Below the pieces are notes generated by a model, which ran no database searches, was not told where the DNA came from, and was given only the letters and a program-made list of their open reading frames with translations. DNA of 64,000 bases from contig NC_043024.1 of assembly GCF_006345805.1 (NCBI RefSeq), positions 3,658,001-3,722,000 of the forward strand, given 5' to 3'. The DNA is from Octopus sinensis (lineage: Eukaryota). Position numbers and translations under genes: made by a program. Positions 26,760 through 41,955 of the stretch are shown here, one piece after another. How positions within the stretch are numbered: the first letter of the stretch is position 1; each line of letters begins with the position of its first letter.

Positions 26760-27319
26760 AAATTGCCCTGATGCAGTACCAGACAGTGGTTCTTATGGCT
26801 GCTGATCTTAACTGTTTGGAAGTGTTATTATGTACATTGTTTTCTCTTGGTATAAAAGATGAACTTACAGCAAATATTCTGCTCAATACCACAGATTTGC
26901 TTGTCAGTTGTTTGACCTTAGCCAGTTGAGCATGTCCCTTAGTGGCTGACGATATGTGCATCTCTGATCACGAGCAGAAGTAGTTGGAGAGCATCAGAGC
27001 CATGTGTTGAGAGGCATTCTTTAGGGTTTGGATAATTCACCTTTGGAAACATGGGTGGTTCATTCAATATCCTTAAACAATCCTTATTCAGGGACCTTTT
27101 GTGCAGGATGGGCTACTTGACCAGAAGAAAGTTCTAACTGGGCCCCACCTGCAAGGTCATGTGCTGTTTATCTTGATATGAGATCACCATGTCACGCACA
27201 TATGGTTGTGATGCATGTGCCTGGTGTACTCTTATCAGATGGGTAGTCACGATGGGTATACTGGGCTTCGTATATTTTACCCCAGTGTCACTTTAATGGT
27301 ATGCACTGCTCTCTCACTC

Positions 27320-27350
<31 letters not shown>
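26760..27350. repeat. Interspersed repeat flanked by (TAA)n; reverse-complement copy at ~5430-5870
   Basis: Shared sequence aactgacaagcaaatctgtggtattgagcagaatatttgctg. Confidence 0.7.
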
Positions 27351-27353
<3 letters not shown>

Positions 27354-27478
27354 GTAATAATGAAGGCTTGATTTGATTTAGTAGTAGTAGATTAAAAGAA
27401 TAATGTCTTCTACTATGGCCCCAACCTGACCAATGCCTTCTGAAAGAATTTTGTCAAACAAAACTGTGTGGAAGACCA

Positions 27479-27609
<131 letters not shown>

Positions 27610-27620
27610 TGTGTGTGTGT

Positions 27621-27663
<43 letters not shown>

Positions 27664-27983
27664 TGTGTGTAAGGATTTATATGTTTCGGCTCTGTATTTC
27701 TGTGTATATCGCTAGCATAGCAGTTACTGCTATTTCTAATTGTGAGGTGTCTATCATTGACAAGGCCAAATGAGGCTGAAATCACATGATCTGGTTGTCC
27801 TGGCAGCAAAAGTAGTGGTGATTGTCGACTGTTGGTGATAGCCTTTATGTGCTTTTATGTACCAAAAAACCATATGAGAGTTTTCTCTATTGGTATTTAT
27901 CGCAGTGTTATCATGTTCTAATACAACATCTACTTTTAACTGGGGAATATTTTACCTTTGGTATTAACACTGCCTCTGCTACC

Positions 27984-28022
<39 letters not shown>

Positions 28023-31000
28023 CACACACACACATATATATATAGAATACAAAATGGGACAAGACCGCAAAACATCCGGACAGCAAGGTGATACAAAAAT
28101 GGAAAACAAAACATCCAGATAGACGATACAAAGGAAACAAGGACAGGTCATTCGAAGTTTTCTTTCCTCAGTCAAACACCAGATTATCCTCGCAATTTTG
28201 GCTGATTATTCCTGAGATTGCTCCAATCTGGCCAGCCCTAAAGAAAAACTAAGCTAAGAGCATTAGATTCCTTGGAAGAAAGCAGCAAATGTATACAAAA
28301 ACAAGGACGGAAAAAACGGACAAAGTTACACAAATATTGAGGAAAGAAAACTTCGAATGACCAGTCCTTGTTTTTTTTGTATCATCTATCTGGATGTTTT
28401 GTTGTCCCTTTTTGTATTATCTAGCTGTCTGGGTGTTTTGCGTACTTGTCCCATTTTGTATTTTATATATATATATATATATAGCGGCATACGTACACTT
28501 TGGTCTCTTATATATAAGTACACATTTATTGTTTTCCACCTGCCTTCGTCTTTTGTCTATTTTCATAAAGCTTCCCGTTATATATGTATATATATATACA
28601 CACACACACACGCACATACACACATGCACATGCACACACAAGACACACACACACATGTATATTCATATACACACATACATATGTATATATAAATATGTGT
28701 GTTTTTGTGTTTGTGTATGTCTCCTACCACTTAGTAACCAACGTTGGTTTGTTTGCATCACCTTAACTTAGTGGTTTAGCTAAAGAGACCGATAGAATAA
28801 GTACAGGACTTTAAAAACAAAATTAAAATTAATACAGGGGCAACTTGTTCAACTGAATCTTTCAAGGCAGTGCCCCAGCATGGCCACAGTCCAATGAATG
28901 AAACATGTAAAAGATGACCAAACAACAGATGTGTCTTGTCATATAGTGGTGCACTGCCAAGACTGTTACATTGTGTCACCCACTGGGTTTCACGATGGCA
29001 AGTGACTGTGTGTAACTTGATCTTCAGTAAGACACAAGCGTGATATTTATCTGGAAGAACAGATCTGTGAGTGACAGTAAGTCACTCCTTCGTGGTAGAG
29101 ACAGCTCTGTTGATACAGAGTTGGCCTGCAGAAATGTTAGCACGCCGGGTGAAATGCTTAGTGGTATTTTGTCCACCATTACATTCTGAGTTCAAATTCC
29201 ACCTAGGTCGACTTTGCCTTTCATCATTTTGGGGTCGATAAATTAAGTACAAGTTAACAATCGACTTAATCCATTTGTCTGTCCTTGTTTATCCCCTCTG
29301 CGTGTAGCCCCTTGTGGGTAGTAAAGAAATAAGTAAGTACATTAACAGTAACATCATTACTAAGTTATATTAAGGTGGTGAGCTGGCAGAATCGTTAGCA
29401 CGGACGAAATGCTTAGCGGTATTTTGCCGATCGCTATGTTCTGAGTTCAAAATCCACTGAGGTTGTCTTTGCCTATCATCCTTTTGGGATCAATAAATTA
29501 AGTACCCATTGTGTACCGGGGTCGATCTATTTGATTGTCCCCCTTCCCGAAAAATTTCAGGCCTTGTGCCTATAGTAGAAAGGCTTATTAAGTTACATTG
29601 TATTGCCATGACCACCACTACTGCTGCTACTATCACCGACACCACACACATCATATAATTAACCGCCGTGTGTCTGAATCTCCAAGTATGGTTTGTATCT
29701 CTGGGGAGGAATGCTACATCTGTAATAACAGATCTGTGGGTCGTACTTAGTTGTTGGGGCATCCCTTAGTACAACTGGGTCATAGCTAACCTCTGGCTAC
29801 TTAACAACAATAACAACAACAGCAACATAAATCTTTGTTTTTATTTTTTTACTTGTTTCTGTCATTTGAGTGTGGCCATGCTGGGCCACTGCCTTGAAGG
29901 GTTAAGTTGAATTAATTGCCCCTACTCTTTTACTTGTTTCAGTCAGTTGACTGTGGCCATGCTGGAGCAATGCCTTTAGTCAAGCAAATCGCCCCCAGGA
30001 CTTATTCTTTGTAAGCCTAGTACTTATTCTATAAGTCTCTTTTGCTGAACCGCTAACTTACGGGAACGTAAACAAACTACTATTTAATTTGTTTTATTCT
30101 ATGGGGACATAAACAAACAGTGGTTAGCAAGCTGTGCAGATGTGGTACATGCACAGAAACACACACACACACACACACACATACATGCATGCACATGCAC
30201 ACATACACATACATATGTACAATTGGCTTCTATACAGTTTACTCTACCACTCAAAGCATTTGTTGGTCTGAGGCTATAGTAGAAGCCTCTTGTCCAAAGT
30301 GCCATTGAATAGGACTGAACTCAAAATCACCAGGTTGCAAAGCAAGTTTCTGAACTTCACAGCCATTGTCTTCACCTAACAAATAAATAAACTATGATTT
30401 TACTGTGAATGATATTAGACAGAGGCTAAAGTAGCTGGTTTTAAAATCTCTGAAAGAGATTCAAGTAGTAACAAACAGTAATGCTTGTTGCTACTTTTGC
30501 ATGGCTGTTCCATGCGGAACAATGTTACTACATTTTAACCCCAGGAAAACATCTTTTCCAGCTGGTTAACGACACACAACCTGTGTCTGCTATATAGCGA
30601 GTAAGGGAGCGAACCACTTGCCTCCAGTGTAACAAGGTCAGTAGACCAGCTGGTTTCTGTGTGCACACCCATCCTCGGTACTGGAAGTTTGCTTGCTAGA
30701 GATGGCAGTCATTCATCTCCACCCACACTGTATAAACAAATGAGTGACAGTCATCAATGATCTTGCAACAAGCTAAAGCAGCTGGTTTTAAAATCTCTGA
30801 AAGAGATTCTAGTATTAGACATAACTTTCTATATAGGACAGAAAAAAACTGAACAAGCTCACATGATTTGAAGCAACACTGCTAGATCAGACTGGAGTCT
30901 GGTGGAGCCTCCTGTCTTCCCAGACCCCAGTCGAACCGTCCGACCCATGCTAGCATGGAAAATGGACGTTAAACGATGATGATGATGATTTATTACTTTC

Positions 31001-31973
31001 CAGGTGATCATCTTACCACTTACAACACAAAACATTATAATTTGATTCTTGGATTTAGTTATCCTTGTAAGCATTGGATCAAAGTGGAACCTTTTGCTAT
31101 GTTGAGCATTTATAGAATAATATATCTTGCTAGTGCTAAATGACCAGCAAATGTTATTTGAAATGTAAAATAGAGCAGTTAAAATAGTAGAGAAATGATA
31201 TAAAATGATGACGTTGTAACCCCTTTTTAATGGAACTGGTAATGTCATGTTAACTCCAAACGATAGATTTGAGGTCCTAATCACATCACTGAACCTATTG
31301 GAACTTTTTTTTTGTGCCTTTTGTTGGTGATATTATTAGTATCTTTAACCAACTGCATATATTGAAACTCAGCTGGCAAACTGAGTAGCCCCTATATTTG
31401 AAAAGGTCAGCCTTGTCACATTCCATATCATGCTGAATCTTCTCGAAAACTATGTAGGGTGTACTTGTGTCTGTGGAGTGCTCAACCACTTGCACGTTAA
31501 TTTCATGAGCAGGCTGTTCTGTTGACAGGATCAACTGGGACCCTTGTTGTCGTAACCAACAGAGTGCCAATTATATTGAAATATTAGTTTCAAATTTTGG
31601 CACAAGGCCAGCAATTCTGGGGGAGGGGTTGGTCAATATCATCGGCCCCCAGTGCTCAACTGGTACAAATTTTTCATAGAGCCTGAAAGGATGAAAGGCA
31701 CAATCAACCTCAGCGGGATTTGAACTCAGAACATAAGTACAGATTCAATGCTGCTAAACATTTTGCCTGGCATTTTTTTTTGAGTCGTTTGACTGTGGCC
31801 ATGCTGGAGCATTACCTTTAGTCGAACAAATCAACCCCAGGACTTATTCTTTGTAAGCTTAGTACCTATTCTATCAGACACTTTTGCTGAACTGCTAAGT
31901 TATGGGAAAATAAACATACTAACATCAGTTGTCAAGCGATGGTTGGGGGACAAACACAGACACACGAACATAG

Positions 31974-32021
<48 letters not shown>

Positions 32022-33213
32022 GATGGGCTTCTTCGATTTTCCGTCTACCAAATCCACCCATTAGGTGTTGGTCAGTCCGAGGCTATAGTAGAAGACACTT
32101 GTCCAAGGTGCCACACAGTGGGACTGTAACCAGAACCATGTGGTTGGTAAGCAAGCTACTTACCACACAGACACTCCTACACCTGGTAACAATTTGGTCA
32201 GCTCGCCACCTACATATATCAAAATGTTAGTATTCTTTGATTCTCTTATTTTTTTCAGTCGTTTGACTTCGGCCATGCTGGAGCACCACTTTAAAGGGTG
32301 TTATAATGTGGATCCTTGTCCACTTGTATGTTGTTCTTGGCACTGTAATGTTCTTGTTGCAACTATTATTGTGGTGGTACTCCACGTCTTATTATCTTTG
32401 ACTTGTCTATTGTGTTATCGCTGATAGCACCGCAAGACAATGACTTTGAAACATCTACTTTGATGGTAACTTGAACTTGTATGTAACATGTAACTGACAC
32501 TGACTCCAATTGTGTTTCGTTATAACGGCAGGAAAATCACTCACCCTTCTGTCATAGATGTTTTGCTCATTCAATATATAGACAGAGAAAGGCGGTGAGC
32601 TGGCAAAAACGTTAGCACGCTGGGTGAAATGCTTAGTGGTATTTTGTCTGTCTTTATGTTCTGAGTTCAAATTCCACCGAAGTCGACTTTGCCTTTCATC
32701 TTTCCGGGTTTGATAAATTAAGTACCAGTGGTGTACTGAGGTTGATCTAATTGCCTGGCTCTCTCCCCAAAACTTTCAGGCCTTGTGCCTACAGTAGAAA
32801 AGAATATGTAGACAGAGGTAGGCTCCAGTGTAGATTCAGGTTAATTGTTTGAGAATGTATTATGCACAACATGATTGGATCCTTGATCCAATCCTGTGCA
32901 ATACTTGACCAATCAAAGAACAACACTCTACCAATGTTCCAAACTCAAAGGACAAGGCCAGGCAACCAATCATCACAGATTAATATGTGGAGCCTATAGA
33001 AATTGGTCTTGCTACACAGTCTTTCAGTGAGCGATAGATACAAAGTTTGAATCTCATCAATAGGCTTGTTTCATCTATCCCTCTTTTCTGTCATAAAAGT
33101 TTTCATATAATCTCAAATATCCATAAAATCAATGACAATATTAGTTTTCATCAAATTACTACCATTATTTGAAAACATTTCTCTGATTTTTGCTCTTTCT
33201 TTGTCTATTTCAG

Positions 33214-33357
33214 CAACATTTCGTCAAACAATCATCACTTTTATAAAACCGACCCCTGATACTGTCCATTATATCTTAACAAATTTCCCATGGTTATGGA
33301 AAATTATAAACAATGTCCCTTTTCTCAGTAACATTGTTATGACTTATGTATATATAT
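33214..33357 (+). CDS. PTGS: Cyclooxygenase exon 3 (membrane-binding domain, [48 protein letters not shown])
   Basis: tttcag acceptor and gtaagt donor, 144 nt; KPTP.TVHYILT.F motif of COX. Confidence 0.95.
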
Positions 33358-34299
33358 GTAAGTATTTTATCTCTCTCTCTTTCCACCCCTTTATTTGTTT
33401 ATCTCATCCATATGTATGTGTCTTTTACCATTCTAATGTTTACACAGTCCTAGGTATTACTTTAAACTGGGGTCCTGGTTTGGGAGTTCTGAGGTTTTGA
33501 GAGTTAGCCCATAAGGAGACCATACTTGAACAATCTTGAGCTCTTCTCACCCAGTTTCCTGTAACTTTATTAGAGGGTATTTTGTAGAAATAAGCCAAAA
33601 TATTCCTATCATTAAAAAAAAGAAGGACACGATGGATTATCTGAAAACATATCAAGGTTTTGAGGGGTATGAAACCACCTCTTAGTCAATATTCTCCCAG
33701 GTCTTCTCTGATCTAGAATAGTAGCATGTGTCATGGTGGGTACCAGCTATGAGTTAATTAGTATATTAGGGCTTGCCAACGCAGGCAAGTGAAGACTGGA
33801 TCCTGCGGACTCTGGAAGAAACCCACCTTCTTGGTTCAATGGAGTGGAAAGCAACTGCAGCCTCACATTGTGGAGTGCAGAGAGCAAGATGATTGAAGTA
33901 AGACATTTTGGTCATTCACTGCAACCGTATTTATCCCCAGTCCTCTTGACCTGGTCTTGCAACTGGATTGAAGATGGTCACAGACAAAAGAGACTCCTTC
34001 ACTTTGAAGAAGGACACCATGCATATAATCCTTAAGCATGAATAGAAGGTCCGTATTACTCCGACGGACAAACCTGATGATCGGTGAAGGATATAGATAT
34101 CGGAGACAAAGCCAAAAAAATAGTGGTTTTCTGCAAACAAAATACCTTGAAGTATTTGTTCTGCCACAAAGTTATTCACTCCCTTGTCACTTTCCCTGTA
34201 AGAAATGTAATAAACCATGGATTGAACCATTCAAAGCTTGCAATCAACAGTATAAAATCTCTTAAACATATATATATGTCAATGTGTTCTGTGTTTCAG

Positions 34300-34443
34300 C
34301 GAGGGGACAACTGGTGGACAGTCCCCCTCTCTATGTGTCCAACCAGACTTTCACATACTCGGACATCTACTATAACAGGTCAACATTTGTGCGCAATCTA
34401 CCACCGGTCCCCAAGGATTGTCCCATGCCATTGGGCGTTGTAG
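34300..34443 (+). CDS. PTGS: Cyclooxygenase exon 4 (SRGQLVDSPPLY...RNLPPVPKDCPMPLGVV), contains Arg120 equivalent
   Basis: tttcag acceptor and gtaagg donor, 144 nt; matches COX SRSHLIDSPP...LPPVPDDCPTPLGV. Confidence 0.95.
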   Translation, partial: RGDNWWTVPLSMCPTRLSHTRTSTITGQHLCAIYHRSPRIVPCHWAL

Positions 34444-34760
34444 GTAAGGGCACTGGCATCGCTTCTATTGTCACTAACCACCACCACCACTGCCATTACA
34501 ACTATCATCACCATCCACCACAACCATCACCTTAGCCATCACCATCACCCACCACCTTCCACAATCACCATCACTACCACCAGAGCCATCACTTCAGCCA
34601 CTACCACCACCACCAGCAACATCATCCCCACCGCCTCCACCAATACAAACACCACCACTATCACTATCATCAGCCCCATCACTACCACCACCATCATTTT
34701 GATGGCAACAAATTTCTGTATCTAACGTTTTCCGCCCCCATCACAAATTTCTCATTGAAG

Positions 34761-34936
34761 GTCCCAAGGTCCTTCCTGACACAAATAAACTCATAGAAAT
34801 CTTCAGGAGACAAGAATTTAAACCTGACCCCATGGGAACAAGTCTACTATTCGCTTTCATGGCTCAACATTTTACTCACCAGTTTTTCAAGACTGACCTA
34901 ACCAAAAATCCCGACATGCAATGGGGCAATCAAGGC
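34761..34936 (+). CDS. PTGS: Cyclooxygenase exon 5 (GPKVLPD...LLFAFMAQHFTHQFFKTD...WGNQG), distal Gln203/His207
   Basis: ttgaag acceptor and gtaagt donor; AQHFTHQFFKTD is the COX distal heme signature. Confidence 0.96.
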
Positions 34937-34980
34937 GTAAGTACATTATCTATCTAACCATCTGTCTGTCTATCTATCTA

Positions 34981-35014
<34 letters not shown>

Positions 35015-35637
35015 CATCAGTCTGTCTGTCTGTCTATCTATCCATCTATCTATTTGTCTATCTGCCTGTCCGTCTGTCTGTGTGGCTGTCTGACTCTCCC
35101 TCCCTCTCTCTCTCTCTCTCTAATATATATATATATAAATATATTTTTATTTTTTATTCTTTTATTCTTTTACTTGTTTCAGTCATTTGACTGTGGCCAT
35201 GCTGGAGCACCGCATTTAGTCGAGCAAATCTGACCCCAGGACTTATTCTTTGCAAGCTTAGTACTTATTCCATAGGTCTCTTTTGCTAAACTGCTAAGTT
35301 AGGGGTGATGTAAACACACCAGCATCAGTTGTCAAGTGATGTTAGGGGGACAAACACAGACACACACACACACAAACACATATATACGACAGACTTCTTT
35401 CAGTTTCTGTCTACCAAATCCACTCACAAGGTTTTGGTCAGCTCGAGGTTATAGAAGGCACTTGCCCAAGGTGCCATGGAGCGGGACTGAACCCGGAACC
35501 ATGTGGTTGGTAAGCAAGCTACTTACCACTCACACGCACACACATCAACCAAAATTGTCCGATGAACGGATACGTTAAACTCTGAGTAACAGTATTTGTG
35601 ATGTCTCTGCAGCTTTATTAAAAAAGTATATAAATAT

Positions 35638-35670
<33 letters not shown>

Positions 35671-35953
35671 CACACTCATGTGAGGTGGGGTGTTGAAAAG
35701 TTCCCGGCTTTAAGAGCATGGTGAAGTGACTGGTTGGAGGCCCAACCTTCTGAGTTCTTTTACAGGGTCTTAGAAAAACTGAAGGACTACTGCAATAAGT
35801 GTGTGAGTTTGAGAGAGGAATATATTGAATAAAATCATAATTAACTGATCCTCCCACACAAAGCCTTTTACTCAAAGCCAAGAACTCTTCAGTATCCCCT
35901 CTTATATGTATGTATGTATATAGAATATATATATATCTATATATCTATTTAAA

Positions 35954-35985
<32 letters not shown>

Positions 35986-36615
35986 CTTATATATATATAT
36001 ATATATATAGTCAATCCAAACATGAACAAAGAGAAAACACAACAATGCGAGGACTTGGAACAAGTATAGTGTTATTGGACGCTCAGGAAAGGAAAGAAAG
36101 AAGGAGGATTTCACATTTTGAGCGGAGCTCTTCATCAAAAATGTAGAAAAGAAGAAGAAAAAGTCCAAGGAAGGGAAGATGGAGAAAGAAAATCGTCAAC
36201 GATACACACGCGGTCGTATATACATGCTGAGACCCCCTTTGGTCATGAATGACCATGGGATTGCACCTAGAAAGTTCCCCTCCAAGGCACAAGTCTGGGC
36301 AAGGTTGTTTATGGAAGACCAGCAGTCGCCCATGCATACCAGCCTCCCCTCTCCACACCAAAGGAAAGGCAAAGGGGCCAATACAGCTTGGCGACTGTGA
36401 CGTCGCAACTAATTTCTACAGCTGAGTTAAGTGGAGCAATGTGAAGTAAAGTGTCTTGCTCAAGAACACAACACACAGCCTGGACTGGGATTCAAACTCA
36501 CAACCTCATGATCATAAGCTTGACGCTTTAACCACTGAGCCATGCACCTTCACACACACACATACACACACACACAAACACACACACACAAACACAGACA
36601 CAGACAGACAGACAG

Positions 36616-36646
<31 letters not shown>

Positions 36647-38488
36647 GCTGTTTAAGAATCTAAGAATCCATAAATTAGAAAAATTATACACTCATATATT
36701 TGTTAATAGAGTGAGTATAGTAATCCCAGTGTACAGTTTTATATATCCGTTACCGCCAACCTTATCAATTGGTTTCGCATTAGGGGTTCCATGAGGTGTT
36801 AGATAGTGGCCCGATTATTTCACCTTGTGCACTTCTTGTTTTCTTCCATAATTGCCCTCTCTGAAAAGTGCAAATTTGCATAAACTTGTTGTTAGCTAAC
36901 ACCCTGTTGAACCCCTAGTGCAAAACCAATTGATAAAATCAGTTCACACTGGTTATATAATACCGTTTCAGTGGGTTGATTAGCATGTCTCAGGCCCAGG
37001 TATAGTTACAATTTCTTGGTTCTCATGAGTCAGGTATAAGCAGTGGAAAGAAATACAAGAAAATGTGTTGCTATTAATTTGTACAGCAACAGGTTGGTCA
37101 CATCATGATGATACCGTCTGGAGATAAATGTTCATATTGTTTTACAAATCAGTTTGAAATTAGTGATGTGTGCAGGGCAGACAGGAACTGAAGTACCTGG
37201 CATCCCTTCTTGAAGTCTCTCATTCTCTCTGCTTACATTAAAGCTACCTGCAAATAACTCTCCTCTCTCCTTGAAGATTCCCGCCTCAATGGAGAAAATA
37301 GGAGACATCATTCTATTTAAAGATGATTTGGGGCTCCAGTGTGCAAACATATTTTGCTGCACTTGGTTGGCCCATACTAGGGCCACTTCGATCATCTTGG
37401 ACCCCTGTCACCCAGTTTTCATTAAATTTATTAGAGAGTATTAACTCCCATTCATAGAAATAGCAGCCAAGATATCCCCATCTTTAAAAGAGAGAAGGTC
37501 ACAATGGATAATGTTGTCCTTGGGTGTATTATCTGTAAACAGAATGGGATAATTATGGTTGGAATGTCTTTATTGATCTGCATGTTGAAAGCTGACCTGG
37601 GGCTACACGCCAACACAACTGCAATTACAATAGCGACGATGACAATTCCAATGACAATGACGACATGATGACCACCACCACAATAACAATAACAATAACA
37701 ACAGCACCAACAAGGACAACAACAACAGTAACTTTCTGGTCATGACACAATAAATCTGGGATCAACAACATTTTGTGAAGGTCCACCTATTTTTCCACAT
37801 CCCTGCATGGCTCCCTGCTGCATCACATCCCTGCGTGCCCCCTTTTCCATTCCATCACTGACAATGCTTGTTTAAATGAAAATGAAACAAACCAGAAACA
37901 TAAACAATCAAAAACATCAACAGCTCTGTAACCCACTGATGCATTAAATATGAAAATTCCTTTAGGAAAGATCCAGTGTCTACGGAGCACATTTTAGTGA
38001 TCCAGTTGTGAGTCATGACCCAGTTGTGAGAGGTGTCCTACTTGTGAGCCATGACCCAGTTGTTAGCTGTTATCCAGTTGTGAACTGTGATCTAGTTTGG
38101 GCTGTGACCCAGTTGTGAGATATAGTCCAGTTATGATCTATGTCTCAGTCGTTAATTGTCATCTGGCTGTGAACTATGTCCCATCTGTTGCCGATCGCTA
38201 CAGTAAAGAGATATCGTAGTGTTTTAATCTTTATAAAAAGTAGGGTATTCACTGAATCACTAAATCATCCCAAAGGAAACTCACAGTATTAGTTACCAAC
38301 TTCCACGATCTGATTTCATACTCCTCCGAGGCCTACCCTACTTTTAAACCTTTTGAAGTGGGTGTTAGGTCGCAGTATCGATTTAACGCGATAAAAAAAC
38401 AAAGAAGAGTTTGATTTTTGCTTTTTATATTTGATTCACGGAATTAAGATGTCATCTTTTCTGTTATGTCTTGTATTTTTTCTATTAG

Positions 38489-38572
38489 GTTGATGCCAGT
38501 AATATCTATGGCAAAAATCTTCACGAAGAGAATCTTTTAAGAACATTCAAAGATGGTAAAATGAAGACTCAG
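38489..38572 (+). CDS. PTGS: Cyclooxygenase exon 6 (VDASNIYGKNLHEENLLRTFKDGKMKTQ)
   Basis: tattag acceptor and gtatta donor, 84 nt, phase 0-0; matches VDLNHIYG...LRLFKDGKMKYQ. Confidence 0.95.
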
Positions 38573-39021
38573 GTATTACCAATTACATACAATTGTATCT
38601 ATAATAAAAAAAAGTTCTGTATAATGTTTCGTGTCACGTGAAAGGCAATAATGTCAACATCATCGTATAGGGTGTCATATATAGAACTGTTGTATACTAA
38701 ATGTATTATATACTATTGTACATTATATATACACTATATACAGTTGTATACCATATATACACTACTGCTATATGTTATATACTGCTGTACGATATGTGCG
38801 TACATGAGTGTGTGCGCAAGTGTGTACATGTGTGTGTCTGCATGTGTTCATGTTAAGTTACAATAAAAACAATTTTATATCAAACTGAAGAGTTAGTCAA
38901 TACATTTTGTAGAGTATATATTTATTATTCTTGAAGAACAATAATGTTGACAGTAACTTTGAAGTTTCAGACTGCTACACCATCATTGGACAGTATGTAT
39001 GTATGTATGTATGTATGTATG

Positions 39022-39059
<38 letters not shown>

Positions 39060-39060
<1 letters not shown>

Positions 39061-39705
39061 TAGCAGTATAACCTGGCCTTGCCTGGGATTAAGTTACGAT
39101 TATTAAGCTAATCAAGTTCTTTATTTCAAACCAAACTAAGTAATATAGACGTCAAATTTGGGCGAAATCTGTTGAAATTAGTTATATTATATATATTATA
39201 TATATATATATAATATAATATAAATATATATGGGCAACAGACATGAACACACATGCACACACATGTACGTACGTACACCTATTGCATGTTTTGTGCACGC
39301 ATACATGTTCATAAACAGAAATAAATGATTTAAAATAAATATATCATAATTGCTGTGTGAGAAAGTATATATACTATGATTATATAATATAGTGTGCCTT
39401 TCAAAAACAAAAAACAAAACATTTTACATTTTATTCTTTATGAACGTAGTCACTTACTCTCTCTCTCTTTCACTTTGTCTTTCCTGTGGAACTCTCTGCC
39501 TCCTTCTTCCACTTTTCTTTATCTTATTTTTTTTGTTAGATGCCATCAAAAAGCAATGGCTGATATTTGTTATGGTTAAAAGCTATGATTGAAAATAGTT
39601 GAAAATAGACTTTTACCCTATCGGGGAAAAACATAACCCAGATAGAGTGTTGACAAATGTCCTCCTAAAATGCGTGCTAATTTGTGGATGTGCATAAATT
39701 ACAAT

Positions 39706-39738
<33 letters not shown>

Positions 39739-39756
39739 CATCCTCCCTTTTATAGA
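39060..39756 (-). mobile_element. Non-autonomous Helitron, uninterrupted relative of the copy split by the RTE LINE
   Basis: 5' TC and 3' hairpin + CTAG termini; 39060-39385 is the reverse complement of 22218-22350 joined to 17730-17870 and 17310-17380. Confidence 0.72.
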
Positions 39757-39933
39757 TATGATATATATAGGAAAGAGGGTTTGAAAATGCAGAGATCTTT
39801 TAAAGATGTTTATTGACTTGACTCACACACATACACACACACGCACACACACACAAAAGTGCACACATACACACACCATCCCTTTCAATAATCTTCACTT
39901 CAGTGAGTTTTTTTTTTTTACCCTATTTTACAG

Positions 39934-40180
39934 ATCATAAACAATGAAATATGGCCACCCCATGTAAAAGACGCTCCTGTCTCAGCCAAGTTTTTAGATA
40001 AAATAGATCGGAATTACCATTTTGCAGTTGGTCATGAGTTCTTCAATGTGGTCCCAGGCCTCGTCGTCTTCTCCACTGTTTGGCTGCGGGAACACAACCG
40101 AGTCTGCGACATTTTAAAGGAGGAGCATCCGGAATGGTTAGATGAACAATTGTTCCAGACAACTAAGCTTATAATCATTG
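39934..40180 (+). CDS. PTGS: Cyclooxygenase exon 7 (IINNEIWPP...FAVGHEFFNVVPGLVVFSTVWLREHNRVCDILKEEHPEWLDEQLFQTTKLIII)
   Basis: ttacag acceptor and gtacgt donor, 247 nt; WLREHNRVCD motif. Confidence 0.97.
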
Positions 40181-41479
40181 GTACGTTGTTGTTGTTTTTC
40201 TTCTTCTCCTTCTTCCTCTTCTCCTCCCTTCCCCCTCTTCTTCTTCTTCTTCTTCTTTTTCTTCTTCTTCTCCTCCTCCTCCTCCTCATCTGCCCTATAA
40301 ATATAACATATATACGTATATGAATATGTTTGTGTGTCTGTGTTTCTCCTCACCACCATCGCTTGACAACCAAAGTTGGTGTGTTTACATCCCTGTAACT
40401 TAGCAGTTCGGCAAAAGTGACTGATAGAATAAATACTAGGCTTACAAAGAATAAGTCAACTAAAGACGATTGGCATGAATGGGTTAATGCACTAAAACCA
40501 GTTTTTTTTGTTCTGAACATGTGTTGCTGAAATTAGGGTGGGCCTTTTATGCATATATTTTGAAACACAATAACAACAAAACATTATTTATCAAACATGG
40601 ACCTTCCACTTGTATATATGTATAGATATATAAAATGCTATTAGAAAATATATGCACCAGTTACAAAGAGAAACTTTGACCTTGTCAGCGTCCTAGTTTT
40701 CTTGGTTGGGTGCGTAAGAATGCTGTTTACTCACTTGTTACCTGAAACCAGTCAGTCCTTTTATATATATGCATTTAACTGTCACGAGCTACTTATGATA
40801 ATGAAATTATTGTATACAGTGCTCAGGTGCACCTCTCCTTATAAAAGTAGAACTAGTTAAACTATATTATATCTCCACTAATAATTTTTAACACAAGCTA
40901 GATAAATATTCTGCCTTAATTTAATACTTATGAGGAGAAATAACCTGCACCAAATATGAAATAAATAAGCAGTTGGACATATTCAACAGAAAATAATATT
41001 GCTTTCAAGTTTTGGCACAAGGCCAGCAATTTCAGAGGAGAGTGTGAGTTGGTAAGGTCAACCCCAGCGTTCGACTAGTTCTTATTTTATGGACCCTGAT
41101 AGGATAAAAGGCAAAGTTGACCTCAGCAGAAATTGAACTCAGAATGTAAAGATGGGCAATCTGCAAAGCATTTTGCCCAGCATGCTAACAATTCTGCCAG
41201 CTTGCTGCCCTTCAATGCAAAATAATATCAGCTATTAGGAGCAGGTGTGGTTGTGTGGTAAGAAGCTTGCTTCCCAACCATATGGTTTCAGGTTCAGTCC
41301 CACTATGTGGTATTTTGGATAAGTGTCTTCTTCTCAAACCCTGTGACGACCAAAGCTTTGTGAGTGGATTTAGCAGACAGAAACCAAAGGAAGCTCATAA
41401 GATATATATGTGACCTATTGGTTAGAGTATTCCATACACGATCGCGTGGTCATGGTTTTGTTTCCCAGACTGGCAGTGC

Positions 41480-41955
41480 ATTGTGTTCCTACGTAGGACT
41501 GCATACCTTGTTAGAATGAATGATAGCAGGATCCCTAAACAGATACTATATGGGGAACTTGTTAGTGGAAAGCAACCCTGGCGGAAGCCAAGACTGTGAT
41601 TTAGGGACTGTTTAAAGTCCTCATTAAAGGCCTGTGAAATGTAGGAAGCTGACTGGGAGAGCAATGCTTGTCATTGCCTCAGATGGAGGAAACAGGTAAA
41701 GGAGGGAGTTGATACCTTTCAAAAGCACGTATTCTTCATGAAGAATTTAAAAATGCTACTCAAAAACGAACTGCTAGTGTAATGAGTGGAGGAAGCTTGG
41801 TCTGCAATGTTTGCAGCCATGTATGTTTGGCAGGAGCAGGGCTCGTTAGTCACCAACAGAGCTGCAGGTGTGAAGTATAAGATAGTCTTGACCGCACAAT
41901 GTTCCTAAAGGTCAGTAATGGTTTTTCTTGGTCACGAGTGGATGGTCATCATGCC
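41480..41955 (+). mobile_element. Degraded RTE/BovB-like LINE 3' end with one C2H2-like finger
   Basis: LVRMNDSRIPKQILYGELVSG...CNVCSHVCLAGAGLVSH; 3' end also present at ~5260-5422(-). Confidence 0.72.

Noticed and set aside
38945-38997. Additional hammerhead remnant on the minus strand
   Set aside because: Core too decayed (CCAAUGA) to support
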